From: Macrostomum lignano | Taxonomy: Eukaryota | Assembly (NCBI GenBank): GCA_002269645.1 | Contig: NIVC01000746.1 | Location: 1-64,000, forward strand | DNA length: 64,000 bases | Direction of reading: 5' to 3' | Shown: piece by piece, positions 28,489 through 40,900 of the stretch | Layout: each line of letters starts with the position of its first letter | Numbering within the stretch: position 1 is the first letter of the stretch | Position numbers and translations under genes: made by a program | The notes under the pieces: model-generated | The model's input: only the letters and a program-made list of their open reading frames with translations | Databases searched by the model: none | Told to the model about the DNA's origin: nothing

Positions 28489-31400
28489 ATGGAATCAGTT
28501 GGCGAGTTCGAATACTCCACAAGAGAGCTGATTGGTCACGGCGCCTTCGCCCTGGTTTACAAAGGCCGGCACAGGGTGTCGCAGCATCGCAAAGTGGCCA
28601 TCAAAGTTATTCAGAAAAAGAATCTGGCCAAATCGCAGAATCTATTGAGCAAGGAGATAAAAATTCTGAAAGAGCTGAGCACTCTCAAGCACGATAATGT
28701 GGTTGGCCTGTTGGATTGTATTGAAACTGGGGATCGGGTGTTTCTGGTCATGGAATACTGCAATGGCGGCGACCTGGCTGGCTATCTGATGGACAAGAAG
28801 ACATTGTCTGAGGACACCATCCGGCATTTTCTGCGCCAGATCGCCAGGGCTATGCAAGCTCTGGCCAGTAGGCAGGTGGTGCACCGCGACATGAAGCCGC
28901 ATAACTTCTTATTGAACTGGCCAGAGCCAATCTGGACCAGCTTGGAGAACGCTATCAGTCCCAGGGAGAAGTACCCACCGGCGCATCAGATCTCCATTAA
29001 AATAGCCGATTTCGGCTTTGCCAGGTTAGCAGTGGCTTGGAGGGATTAATTAGTAATGTCATCTTACTTCTGACACATCAGAATCTTGATCTGACACATC
29101 AGAATCTTGAATCTGGCACATCAGAATCTTGGATCTGACACATCAGAATCTTTGATCTGACACATCAGAATCTTGTATCTGACACATCAGCATCTTGAAT
29201 CTGACACATCAGAATCTTGTATCTGACACATCAGAATCTTGGATCTGACACATCAGAATCTTGGATCTGACACAGAATCTTGGATCTGACACATCAAAAT
29301 CTTAGATCTGATACATCAGAATCTTTTGTCTGACACATCAGAATCTTTGATCTGACACATCAGAATCTTTTGTCTGACACATCAGAATCTTGAATCTGGC
29401 ACATCAGAATCTTTGATCTGACACATCAGAATCTTGGATTTGACACATCAGAATCTTTGATCTGACACATCAGAATCTTGGATCAGACACATCAGAATCT
29501 TGGATCAGACACATCAGAATCTTGGATCTGACACATCAGAATCTTGGATCTGACACAGAATCTTTTGTCTGACACATCAGAATCTTGTATCTGACACTCA
29601 GATTCCCATACTACGTCGCAACCCAAATCCCCGCAGGTTCCTAGCAGACGGCAAGATGGCGGGCACCCTATGCGGCAGTCCGATGTACATGGCGCCAGAG
29701 GTGCTGATGTCCTGGAACTACGACAGCAAAGCGGACCTGTGGTCCATCGGCACCATTGTGTACCAGTGCCTCACTGGCACCGCGCCATTTCATGCTAACA
29801 CGCCGCAGGCGTTGAAAGATTTCTACGAACGGAACGTCAACCTGCGACCGCGGGTGCCGCCGAACACCTCGCCGGAGCTGACCGACCTGCTGCTGCGGAT
29901 CCTGCGCCGCAATCCGGCAGACCGGATCAGCTTCGAGGACTTCTACCAGCATCAGTTCCTGTCCCTGGCACCCGCCTCTGCTGTACCCATGCCGCTGCAG
30001 CGGAAAGCGTCTCAGGGCGATAATCTCAAGCTGCTGTCGGCGTCGCCGCTGTCTGAGGCTTCGCCACCTTTGCTTCAACAGCAGCAGCAGCTCCAGCAAC
30101 AGCATCGGCGACCGCTGCCGCCAACTCCGACTGCTTCAAGTCAGCGCCAGCAGCCGCGGAAGCAGCAACAGCAGCAGCCGGCACCGGCCGGGGCTCCCGC
30201 CGCCGAGCCTGGCCACGACTTCGTGCTGATTGGCCAGGACGGGGCCGAGGAGCCGCCAGTTGCCGGTGCCGCCGCCGCCGCCCGCCTGTTCCAAGCCGCT
30301 TCCGGTAGCGGTAGCATTGAACGGTCGAGAAATCTGCTTCGGCCGTCGCCTTCGCCTTCGCCTCCGCCCCCTACTGGCTCGACGGCGACGGCGCCTGCTG
30401 GAACAGCGCCTGCTTCTGCGGCTGCTGCTGGAACTGTGGCCAGGGCGGTGCCAACCTCGCCTGGTGACAGGGGCAGCAGTAAAGACCTGGTCGCTGGCGG
30501 ATTCGATTTGGCTAAGATGTCGCCTCCGCAGGTTTGTGTCTTTGCTATGCTACTTTTATAGTAATTGCATGAGTTTGCTAGAGGATTTTACGTCTAGGAT
30601 TTTGCTAGACGACTGTTGAGTCACGAGGGCATCACGTGACTTGTAAAAGAAATGCAAATGCAAAAAAAAGCCGTCCGAGAGTCTTTGTGTCAGCGCTTAA
30701 CTGTCTACTAACTCAAGTAGACTCAAATGCGAAATGCGAGATTTCATTGCATATCACGTCTCATATCTGCTACAAAGCACAACATGATAGCCCTGTGATT
30801 GGAGCGTCGGACTCACGACTTGAAGGTCGGGGTTCGATTTCCGATCCCACTGGGACAATCTGTGTCCTTGAGCAAGACACTTAACTCTGTGTTGCTTCAG
30901 TTCACCCAGCTGTAAAATGGGTGCCAGCATTAGCTGGGGTAATTGAGGATGTGTGGCGACCCCCCAGTACTTGGACTGAACAGCCGTACGCAGCCTTCAG
31001 ATGCGCCGCGCAAATAGCTGCGGCTGAGCTGTCAGTTGCACATTTGGCCCGATTGGGACAGGTGTAATTAAAAAAAACACTAGCCCTACTCTCTACGCAC
31101 TACTCAATCATGAGTAGTTCATTCCGCACATTCACCGAGTTGCCCTGCCGCCATCTGCCCGGTCTCGCCCAGGTCCAGTTCAGCTTGGAACGTCGCCGAC
31201 GACGTCGCGGAGATTCCGGCGGCAGCGGCTCGCCGGCGTCGCTGGCTGGCCTCGCTGATGTCGGCGGATTCGGCGAGGCCTCGCCGCCGCCCAGCTCGCT
31301 GGTGCCGTTCTACATGGCCGCTGCTGCCGCCGCCTCCGCGCCTGGCAACCTGGACGCCTCGGGCGCCGCTGCTGGCGACGCCGACGCCGATGACTACGAC

Positions 31401-32290
31401 GACGATTTGGACGGCGAGGCGGCGCCGGAGCTGTCAGAGGAGACTCTGATGAGCGCAGAGCACATGCAAACGGTTGAGAAGCTGCGCTTTGTGCTCACCT
31501 TTGTTGATTACCTCACCGAGCTGGCGCAGAGCCGGTCAGCTCCGCTGACTGCGGCCAGCTCAGCGCTCGGCCTGCCCAGCGAACTGCAGCGTCATGTTGA
31601 GCAGCTGCTGCTGTACTCAAGGATTCAGCATTTCCTTAGCAACGCTGTCAGGCTGGCCAGAGACCAGCTCAGCCGCTCCGTGCTGCGCCCAACTGCCGCC
31701 GTGAAAGAGCTGCTGACTATTATGAACCGGCACTATCACCAGTGCCACATTCGGTGAGAGATACTACTTATGCTAATGTCTATTAAGTAGTTTGGAGGCG
31801 TTGTAGCCTAAGAGGTTTCCGACTCACTCGGACACAAGTCTATTTATTTAAGAACAGATTTTCACTAAACTTTCATACTACTTAGAACTAGCTCTAAACA
31901 GTAGTACGGAAGCAAATTAGCCCTTGCTATATGCGCCACCGCCTGACCCGATCCAGATGCAAGCAGCTGCAGCGCCACACCACGTCGGTGCCAGACGCCC
32001 AACTGCAGAAGCAGCTGTCGAGCGACCTGTCAGCCGAGAAGCTGATCTATCAGTACGCGGTGGACATGTTTGAGTCCGCCACCTTGGAGGAGGCATTCGG
32101 CGAGCTGGAGCGCTGCTTCCGTCAGTACAAGACGGCCAGGGTGCTGCTGCACGGCCTGGCCGAGATCGCCTCGTCGCAGCGGGATCACCGAATTCTCACA
32201 GAGGCCACTCAGCTGGTTGAGAAGCGCCTGCGAGGGCTGGAGAGCCGCGGCCTTGTGCAGTCCAAGCAGATTGGCGGCGGCTCCCCGTGA
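28489..32290 (+). CDS. ULK1: Serine/threonine kinase ULK1/Atg1 (unc-51); exons 28489-29024, 29637-30531, 31173-31753, 31957-32290 (~781 aa)
   Basis: [27 protein letters not shown]|[17 protein letters not shown]; C-terminal MIT-type region [18 protein letters not shown]. All four exons join in phase at GT-AG sites. Confidence 0.93.
29068..29600. repeat. ~22-bp minisatellite (TCTGACACATCAGAATCTTGGA)n filling ULK1 intron 1
   Basis: About 24 copies visible. Confidence 0.95.
30786..31078 (+). mobile_element. CORE-like SINE family 1 copy B
   Basis: Similar to 10749-11035 over its length (GAGCGTCGGACTCACGACTTGAAGGTCGGGGTTCGAT; GTGTCCTTGAGCAAGACACTTAAC...TGTAAAATGGG). Confidence 0.8.
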
Positions 32291-32407
32291 ACTCGGGGGT
32301 GAGGATTCTGCAGCACCGGGGGGGGGGGTTACGGTCTGGGCGGCTTCTTCTGACTGAGGAGTGTGCTCAGGACCTGTGCACGCCTTGTTTCCTGTCTGTC
32401 AGTAATG

Positions 32408-32800
32408 ACACTAGAGTATTCGGATCCCTCCCCTCTGCCTCCTCACTCACCCCCTCGCCTTCTCTACCTCTCGTCTTCCCCCTCTCCCTCTACCTCTTCC
32501 CTCCACCCCTCTCCCTCTGCCTCGCTCACCCCCTCTTGCCTTCTCTACCTCTCCCCTCTCTACTCCCTCTCCCGTCTACCTCCCTCCCCTCTCTACCCAA
32601 TAATCTCTCGTCTTCCCCCTCTCCCTCTTCCCTCTACCCCTCTCCCTCTGCCTCGCTCACCCCCTCTTGCCTTCTCTACCTCTCCCCTCTCTACTCCCTC
32701 TCCCGTCTACCTCCCTCCCCTCTCTACCCCCTCTCTCCTCTTCCCCCTCTCCCTCTAGCCTCTCGCCCCTCAACCCCCTCTCCCCTCCACCTCTATTGCG
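32408..32800. repeat. Pyrimidine-rich (CT) low-complexity tract with internal ~115-bp duplications
   Basis: CCCTCTGCCTCGCTCACCCCCTCTTGCCTTCTCTACCTC blocks recur at ~32430, ~32515 and ~32645. Confidence 0.8.
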
Positions 32801-34019
32801 TTTTCTAACATCTCCCCTCCCTTCTCCTCTCCTTTTTCCTGCTTTTCTCACACAGACTCTCTCATCTCTACCCTGCCCCGTACTTATCCTTGGCACAGTT
32901 GTACAGCATGTACCAAGCTTTATCAACTCACCTCTTCTCAGTTTCCAGTTTTTTTTCTAATTTGCTTTTCTCGTTATATCTGCGTCCGAGCTGTTTTTTC
33001 ATTGAAAATATTTTCAGAATGTTTAATATATTGATGCTTTTTTTAAGAATAATATTACATTTTTAGCATATTTGTTGTATATGTAAAGCTTTCAGTTCAT
33101 TCTGAGCGATTTCGTTGAGTCTACTAAATTTGTAATGATATTGCCGTTGTAATAAGAAATTGATTGATTGTTTAGTAGGTAAGATCCGGTTTTGATTGTT
33201 TTTAAACTGCTCTGTTTGTTGTGCCATTTTTATATTTAAAAATATTCAGAGTACAGTTTTTTTTACTAAAATTGTTTTATTGATTAATAACCAGCGCATA
33301 CTACTAGTATCATCATTGCTGATTTTCATATAATTTTGTTGTATTAATTTTGCACAAGGTAATTAAGAACACCCACTACGTTATATCGGATGTGATTTTA
33401 TAATTCATCAGTTTCTCTACGTTGTTCCTCTGAATCCGCACATATATCCATCAGGCACTACTCGTTCTATGGAGAGCTTAAGTAGTATGTTGCTGTTGCT
33501 TGATAACATTAACAAATATTTCCGCCTGCGATGTACATACATGCATATCGTTACCTTCAATGTTCCCTTTGCATCTGTGTAATCATAAAATAATTATGGC
33601 ATTTCTATAAGTAATAATTTTAATTTCCCATATATATATATATCATACATCAGTCGCTTAATGCTGACTTAGAGACACTCAGATCCAGTCCTTGAGTAAT
33701 CGATGTTTTATTTGTAAGATAAGCTTAGCATATTAATTACTATTGATTATATAATAGTAATTATATAATATAATTGTACCTGTGCAAAGCTGCATTCATA
33801 ATGAGACAGACTCTCTGAGGTTCTATTCTCATTTGCGGTCGTTATTAAATATTATAAATATATGCACATATAGAAATGCACCATAACTGCGCGCATATTA
33901 TTGCCACCACATTTCTTATTGGCAATTTAAGCACCAAAGTCTTACATGCAGTTAATGTGGCAGCTGTTTAGTTATTTGCACGCAATTATCCTCCATAGCC
34001 GCTATATTCCTCCGCGTGA

Positions 34020-34478
34020 ATCAGTGAGCACCCCTGGCCTCAAGTAAATCAGTGAGCACACACCTGGCCTCTGGTACATCAGTGAGCACACCTGGCCTCT
34101 GGTACATCGGTGAGCACACCTGACCTCTGGTACATCGGTGAGCACACCTGGCCTCTGGTACATCAGTGAGAACACCTGGCTTCTGGTACATCAGTGAGCA
34201 CGCCTGGCCTCTGGTACATCAGTGAGCATGCCTGGCCTCTGGTACATCAGTGAGCACGCCTGGCCTCTGGTACATCAGTGAGCACGCCTGGCCTCTGGTA
34301 CATCAGTGAGCACGCCTGGCCTCTGGTACATCAGTGAGCATGCCTGGCCTCTGGTACATCAGTGAGCACGCCTGGCCTCTGGTACATCAGTGAGCACGCC
34401 TGGCCTCTGGTACATCAGTGAGCACGCCTGGCCTCTGGTACATCAGTGAGCACCCCTGGCCTCTGGTACATCAGTGAG
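34020..34478. repeat. 28-bp minisatellite (CAGTGAGCACGCCTGGCCTCTGGTACAT)n
   Basis: About 16 copies. Confidence 0.95.
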
Positions 34479-35209
34479 TAGTTGCAGCGCTGGTCTTTCG
34501 TCTATTGGCATGTTCATTCATTTATTCATTCGTCTTACGGCAAATTATTGTACATGTAACACCAAACTGAAGTTGCGGCAAACGACTACTGCTAATCATG
34601 ATTAAAACTACACTTTCCTAACAAGTATATTTTAATAAGAAAAGACTAATGATTAGCCTCGTTTGAGTCTCTGCTCCAGCCTCTCAATCAAGCAGTGTGC
34701 GGTGTCTGCAGACGGTCGCCGCCGCAACGGCAGCGAATCCGACTGTACCTTCGCATCCGCAGCGCCGGCTGCCACCACCGCGGCAGGGGCAGCGCGTAGG
34801 CCAGCGGGTCGAATACGCAGCTGGTGCGCGACATCAGCTCGACACCCAGCCACCAAGTGCCATCAAGAGCTGGCAGTTGGCGCAGTCCCAGCAGCAGCAG
34901 GGGCAGCCGGCTTGCCGAGTACTGCAGCACCAGCAGCCTCACATCCAGCAGGCCTCCGAGCAGCTCCAGACACTGGCTAGACCCCATCGGGGCTGGCCGC
35001 CAGTGCTGGACTGTCAGGCGTGGGGTGGAAGGTCCGTTGGCCACGGACACGAAAGCTGGAATTCCGGCCCCTCTGCTGGGGTTGACCCTGGTGGACCTGG
35101 TGGCAGGCTCACCGACATGCCCTCTGCACACTCACGCGGCGACGCGGTGGTGCAAGGCCCCTGTCCTATGGTGAGCGGGGCATTGACGGCTGGCTGTGCC
35201 ATGTTGCAG

Positions 35210-36043
35210 TCAGACCGTTCCCGTAGGCCCATTGACCAGGTGACCCAGCGGGGCCGGCATCAACAACAACAACAGCAGCACCAGCAGTAGCAGAGTCAGC
35301 TGAGCGCAGCTCCGCTGTCTGTCAGTCGGCAGGCTCAGCCGCCGCCACAACCGGAAGCGAAGAAGCTCCTGGCCGTCGTGCTGCAGCCGCTTAGAAACCA
35401 GTAGCAGCCGCCTGGTTCGGTGAATCAGCCCGCAAAGGAGGCAGTTGCAGGTCGTCACGGTGGTGAGGACCAGCAGGCATTGTCCGGCTGTCACCTGGTC
35501 TGCCGTATCCGGGTACAGAAGAAGCAGCGGACTGGCGCTCAGGAGCCAGACCAAGGCGCCGGTTTTGATGACGGCGTCCCCAAGGCGTTCACCGCCGCTC
35601 CTGCTGGTCCAAGCCCAGCCCTGCAGCAGCCGCAGGGTCCGCTCGATGGCGAGGCCAGCCACCGCAGTCGACGACGCGGCCTGGGCGATGCTGGTGAGCC
35701 GACGAGCGCCGCCGCCAGCCTGACGCCACACGGCCGGGCTCAGCAGGGCGATGAGCAGACCAGCCAGTGCCAGGTGGGCGAGGAGAGCCGAATGCAGCTG
35801 CGAGTGGGTCGAAAACGTTGAGCAGCAGAGCAGGGAGTCGCTGCAGCCAAGCCAACGACGACGAAGCACAGCGTAACAGCAACGTCGGCTCCGGCGGTTT
35901 CTGGCAAAGCCGGCGACAAGCGCCATGGCGGCGATGTTAACCGACGCTCCGATGACGGACAGCGACAAATCCGCGACGATGAGCGCCGTCGAATGGGCCG
36001 CTACAGGTGCAGAGGGGACGTCAGTTCCGATTGTGCCGTTCAT
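35210..36043 (-). CDS. Divergent rhodopsin-like GPCR-like ORF, six predicted TM segments before the stop
   Basis: N-terminal NGT sequon, TM1 IGASVNIAAM, TM2 LAHLALAGLL, TM3 LAIERTL (E/DRY-like), TM4 Trp, TM6 LLLLMPAP; intronless. Confidence 0.55.
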   Translation of the reverse strand: MNGTIGTDVPSAPVAAHSTALIVADLSLSVIGASVNIAAMALVAGFARNRRSRRCCYAVLRRRWLGCSDSLLCCSTFSTHSQLHSALLAHLALAGLLIALLSPAVWRQAGGGARRLTSIAQAASSTAVAGLAIERTLRLLQGWAWTSRSGGERLGDAVIKTGALVWLLSASPLLLLYPDTADQVTAGQCLLVLTTVTTCNCLLCGLIHRTRRLLLVSKRLQHDGQELLRFRLWRRLSLPTDRQRSCAQLTLLLLVLLLLLLMPAPLGHLVNGPTGTV

Positions 36044-37064
36044 TGATTGTTGAGGAACTCAGCATCAGGTTTTGTTCATCGTCACTTCATGCTTTTATAA
36101 GGCAACCTTCCAAACGGAGTCCTTCGCTACATCCTGGATGTCCTCAATTGGTTGAAAAGTCTGACAAAAACAGTCTCAAAAACGCAACACGTTTGTTTTG
36201 TCTGCAGAAGTGCAAGGACCACTATAGTTGTCTAGTCTAGTAGTCCTTGAAAAGATGTTCCATCCATAACACCGAGATGTAGCAAGAAGCTATTCAGCCA
36301 GCTCTTTGTCTCTTTGACTTTGAATGGTAGCAAGTCTTTTCTCTGTGACTGCCGCGACTCCTTGCTGGTTCAAGCGGACTTGAGCAAGTTTACCCGGTGA
36401 AGACACTGGATTTTGGACTCCCGGATCATTCAAAGGTGTCAGAAGAGTCTGACATCGACCCAATCTCCTACCGCACAGAATCTCCTTAAAAGAAAAAAAT
36501 TTAAAAAAGCCAGGCGGTATCGACGGTAACAACTGGCAACTGTGGAAAAGAGGCATAAGAGGGCTTTGAACAAAACAAGAATTGACACGAAATATCAGCA
36601 GTTAAAAAAGATTTTTTCTTGCATAACACAACACAGGCTATGCTCTGTATTTCATAGTGTCAGTAGGCATTGTAATTTAGTTTCTAAGCAATAACAGGGC
36701 ACTAAGCACTGTATATCTCTGGCGACTGAATCAAATATGCTTGCCTACATTTAAGCCGGTAACTAGAATAACTAGATAACTACTCGCAGATATGTAAATA
36801 TTCACTCATCTACTCATCAACTATATTTTTTTGCCTTTACGCTCGTACGTTAATAAAATAAAATTAAACAAATATTACAGTTTTTGAAGCTCCAACAATC
36901 ACCTCCTCTGGCCTTCTACAAAAGCAGACCCAATTGGCATCTTCACCCTGCTTGAAGCTGCACCCAAATCCAGTGCGTGCATAGCGAGAAAGAGAGAAAA
37001 GGGGTGGTGCCCCAGCCCCAGCCAGGCCGATAAACAGTTAGGCTTTCCTCTTGCCCGCTTGTGT

Positions 37065-37400
37065 CAGATTTGACCTCTCTCCTTACTGCTCTCTCATTGG
37101 CTGAGCTAGATTGGGCCTGCCCCCAAGGCTGGGTTTCGTCAGTCTTGACTTTGACCTCTCTCCTTACTGCTCTCTCATTGGCTGAGCTAGATTGGGCCTG
37201 CCCCCAAGGCTGGGTTTCGTCAGTCTTAAATTTGACCTCTCTCCTTACTGCTCTCTCATTGGCTGAGCTAGATTGGGCCTGCCCCCAAGGCTGGGTTTCG
37301 TCAGTCTGACTTTGACCTCTCTCCTTACTGCACTCTCATTGGCTGAGCCAGATTGGGCCTGCACTCTTCCCTTACTGCTCTCTCATTGGCTGAGCTAGAT
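37065..37400. repeat. ~81-bp tandem repeat, 3 copies plus partials
   Basis: TGACCTCTCTCCTTACTGC starts at 37071, 37152, 37233 and 37313. Confidence 0.9.
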
Positions 37401-37934
37401 TAGCCCTCTAGGCAAAGTCTCGTCCGTCGTGCGTTCACTTGTAATTCACTCGATTTAAATGCGTGTTGTTCATTCTCAGCCCCTATATGCTCCTGAGGCC
37501 AGAAACCCCGAGGAAGGAAAGGCAAATTTAAGTGACACTGCGCCGATAAATTACTGAAAAATGAGTAGACGTTATACTTTTGCACAGCTTCAATTGCGAG
37601 TGACATCCAGTTATTCTAGCATCAGTGTTGCAAGTTTTGTAGTAGTTAACACAGACAATAAACGCACACAGCTCTTCAAATCTGTTTTTTAGTGTTTTTA
37701 GTTACTTATAATTTCTTCTTCCTCTATTGGCGACCGTTGCTGAGCGATAATATTATACATACCGATGTACATGGAATATGAAAATAACAGACAGTATACT
37801 ATAACTTAAACTTGATAAGAAACGGATCATGACAGAGTAAGCTAGACGAGAAAAAAAGTGCACAATGCACTTTAACTATACCTGGTACCTCTCTAGTTAA
37901 GCACGAAAATCGCTTAGGAATGAACAACAAGCGA

Positions 37935-40900
37935 CTAAAAGCAAGCCAGCAAATCGTTGACCTGCAGGGCCAGTTTGTAATCGTCCTGCGTTTCTCGCAT
38001 ATCGTTTAGCAGGTGTCGCATTATGCGTTTCATTCCGGCCATGTCCGCCTCCAGCTGCTCCTGCGAGTGCTGCTGCTGCTGCTGCTGATCGAGCTCTGCA
38101 AACACGTCCTCGGTGTCGCAGCTCTCAATCCAAGCCGACACGGATGGCACAGCGATTGACAAAACTGAGAGCTGGCCTGCGGGATGCGGGCTACTTTTAG
38201 TAGAGTGCGTGGCATTTTCAGGGAAAAGTTTCCAGACAAGACCACAGATACTAGAATAACTAGATGGGCCACTCAGCACATTTGCGTGTAAGCTACTTTC
38301 AGTTCAGTAATAAGTTAAACTGAAGCATTTTAATGTAATTTTAAAGCCAAGGCTCATTTATGGGCTCTTACCCCCAGCTGAAACCCTCCAACCGCGCCTT
38401 TCCACACTACGCCCCCCCGCCCCGTCCCAATTTTTATTGCCTTTCTCGGAATTCCAGCCTAAAGCTGCCATGTACATTTCAGTGGACTGGCCAATGCATT
38501 ATTGCTGAACCAATTAGCAAGTTGTTTACGCCTGCAAGCCTGGGGCTTCTAAACTTATCAAGGTCATTTCAATTGCCTTTATTCTTATAAATAGATAGCT
38601 TATGTATTATTCTTTGCATATATGCTAGTTATTCTAGTATCTGTGGCCAAGACAGAGGTCAGCCGCCACATTCATTTGGGGCTTGTGGACGAAAGCTAGC
38701 CTAGAGGGTTTTCGTGCGATTCACGCCTATGAGCGCCGACCCCCAAGGCACAGAGAGTGTACATGCCTAACGTCGGGGTCGGGGCCGCTGTACACCCTGT
38801 ATGAGCAAGTGCATGAGTGCAAGCTTGCGTACTAGCGTATGGGGTTGTAGCCTGGTTGTTAGAGCGTCGGACTCACGAGTGAAAGGATTTCCATGAGCAA
38901 AAGCACTTAAATCTGCATTGCTTCAGTTCACCCAGCTGTAAAATAGGTGCCAGCATTTTAATGTTATCTTGGGTCTTTATCTTGGGAGATCTTGGGTCCA
39001 ATGGGAAATCTTGAGTCCAATGGGGGATCTTGGGTCCGATGGGAGATCTTGGGTCCAATGGGAAATCTTGAGTCCAATGGGAGATCTTGGGTCCGATGGG
39101 AGATCTTGGGTCCGATGGGAGATCTTGGGTCCAATGGGAGGTCTTGGGTCCAATGGGAGATCTTGGGCACATCTGCCCATTAGGGCAGGTGTAATCAATT
39201 TATTGTTAGTCATCATGTGCTCAGGAGTCAGCGCAGTGGGCAGAATTGCCTCAGCCGATAAAAAAGGTACCCAGGCCAAAAAGCGTCCCAGAGCCACTTG
39301 CGACGCTACAGAGTCGTTTCAGAGTCGTTGCAGGTAACAAAGGTAAAATAGGACTGAAGTGACTCCAGACGACTATAAAACGACGAGATGTCACGGTACA
39401 AGTCGCCAAAAAGTCGTCAAAGAGTCACCTAATTGTTAATTTGAGGCACTTTACTGTATGCGACTCTGAAACCACTCAGAGGGCGTAGAGTCGTATCTGA
39501 GGCGTGCTGGAGTCGCTGTAGAATCACTGAGTTGCGTCTGAGGCGCATCTGCGTCACTTTATAAATCAGAATCGCTGTTCAGTCTGCAGTACTTGAGTTA
39601 GTAGAAAGTTGAGCGCTAACACAAACGACTTTTAGATGACTTTTTCGCGGCTCTTTTACTATTCTACAACTCACGTGATGCGCTCGTGACTTAACAGTCG
39701 CCTCTCTATCACATTGCAGTCGTTTGAGTCGTTAAAAAGTCACAGGCCCCAGAGTCGCTAGAGTCACTCTACTTAGTTGTTTGCAATGACTTGTCAATTC
39801 TAAGTAGGACGAGGGCGCTCACAACCAGGGGCATCAGAGATGACTGTGGGGCCAGAGAGCACGGACGGCCCCAGAGGAATTCCGCACCTGTCTTGTCCAG
39901 GCGGTGCAGCCGAGCCCCGATGACGGTCAGCAGGTCGCTGGCCAGCAGGAATCGCTGCGAGACGCTGGAGATCAGCGCCTCGGCCTCGGCGTCGCGGCCC
40001 ATGGCGAACAGGTCGCGAACCCGGGACCTGCGCAGCCGGTCAAGCAGCATCTGGCAGGGCTCGCTGCCGGCCCCGCCGAACCAGTCCTCGGCCAGGCGGC
40101 AGATGCCGCGAACCAGCCTCTGTTCGACATCCTGGTCGCTAGCCGAGTCGTCGCGCGGCAGTCGAACGGCGGCCCGCATGGCCGACAGCAGAAAATTGGA
40201 TCGGGCAGCGTCGGCTGATGAAGCTGACTGATGGTGATGAGGCTGCTGCTGCTGCTGCTGACTCTGCTGAGAGGCCGGTCCGCCAGATGACGGTGTAGCC
40301 GATGAGGTCAGCGAGCGAAACAGCAGCTTAGAGGGGAACAGCGAGAACAGGCGGACGCTGAGGCGAAGCGACAGGATGAGATGGAGAGCCCGGCTGAGCT
40401 CGCGGTGCTGGCGCACAGCCTCCGGCACCGGCGCCGTCTGGTCCAGGGCCAGCTCGCAGAGCGAAAGCCGGCCGGCCGGGTTGTCCCACAGAGTCTCCAT
40501 GGCCAGGGCGGGGACCACGTCGGCATAGGCGGTGTGGAAGCAGTCCTGCGGAGGGGCGGCTGCTAGATTAGCGGGTATATCTATATTGGCTGCTAGATTA
40601 GCGGGTATATCTATATTGGCTGCTAGATAAGCGGGTATATCTATATTGGCTGCTAGATTAGCGGGTATATCTATATTGGCTGCTAGATTAGCGGGTATAT
40701 CTATATTGGCTGCTAGATTAGGCTGCTAGATCTATCGCAGGTAAATAGATATTGGCTGCTAGATCTATTGCAGGTAAATAGATATTGGCTGCTAGATCAG
40801 CGGGTATATCTATATTGGCTGCTAGATTAGGCTGCTAGATGCATCGCAGATAAATAGATATTGGCTGCTAGATTAGGCTGCTAGATCTATCGCTGGTAAC

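Noticed and set aside
29668-35882. Antisense and alternative-frame ORFs over ULK1 exons and the GPCR-like ORF
   Set aside because: GC-rich coding shadows without motifs.
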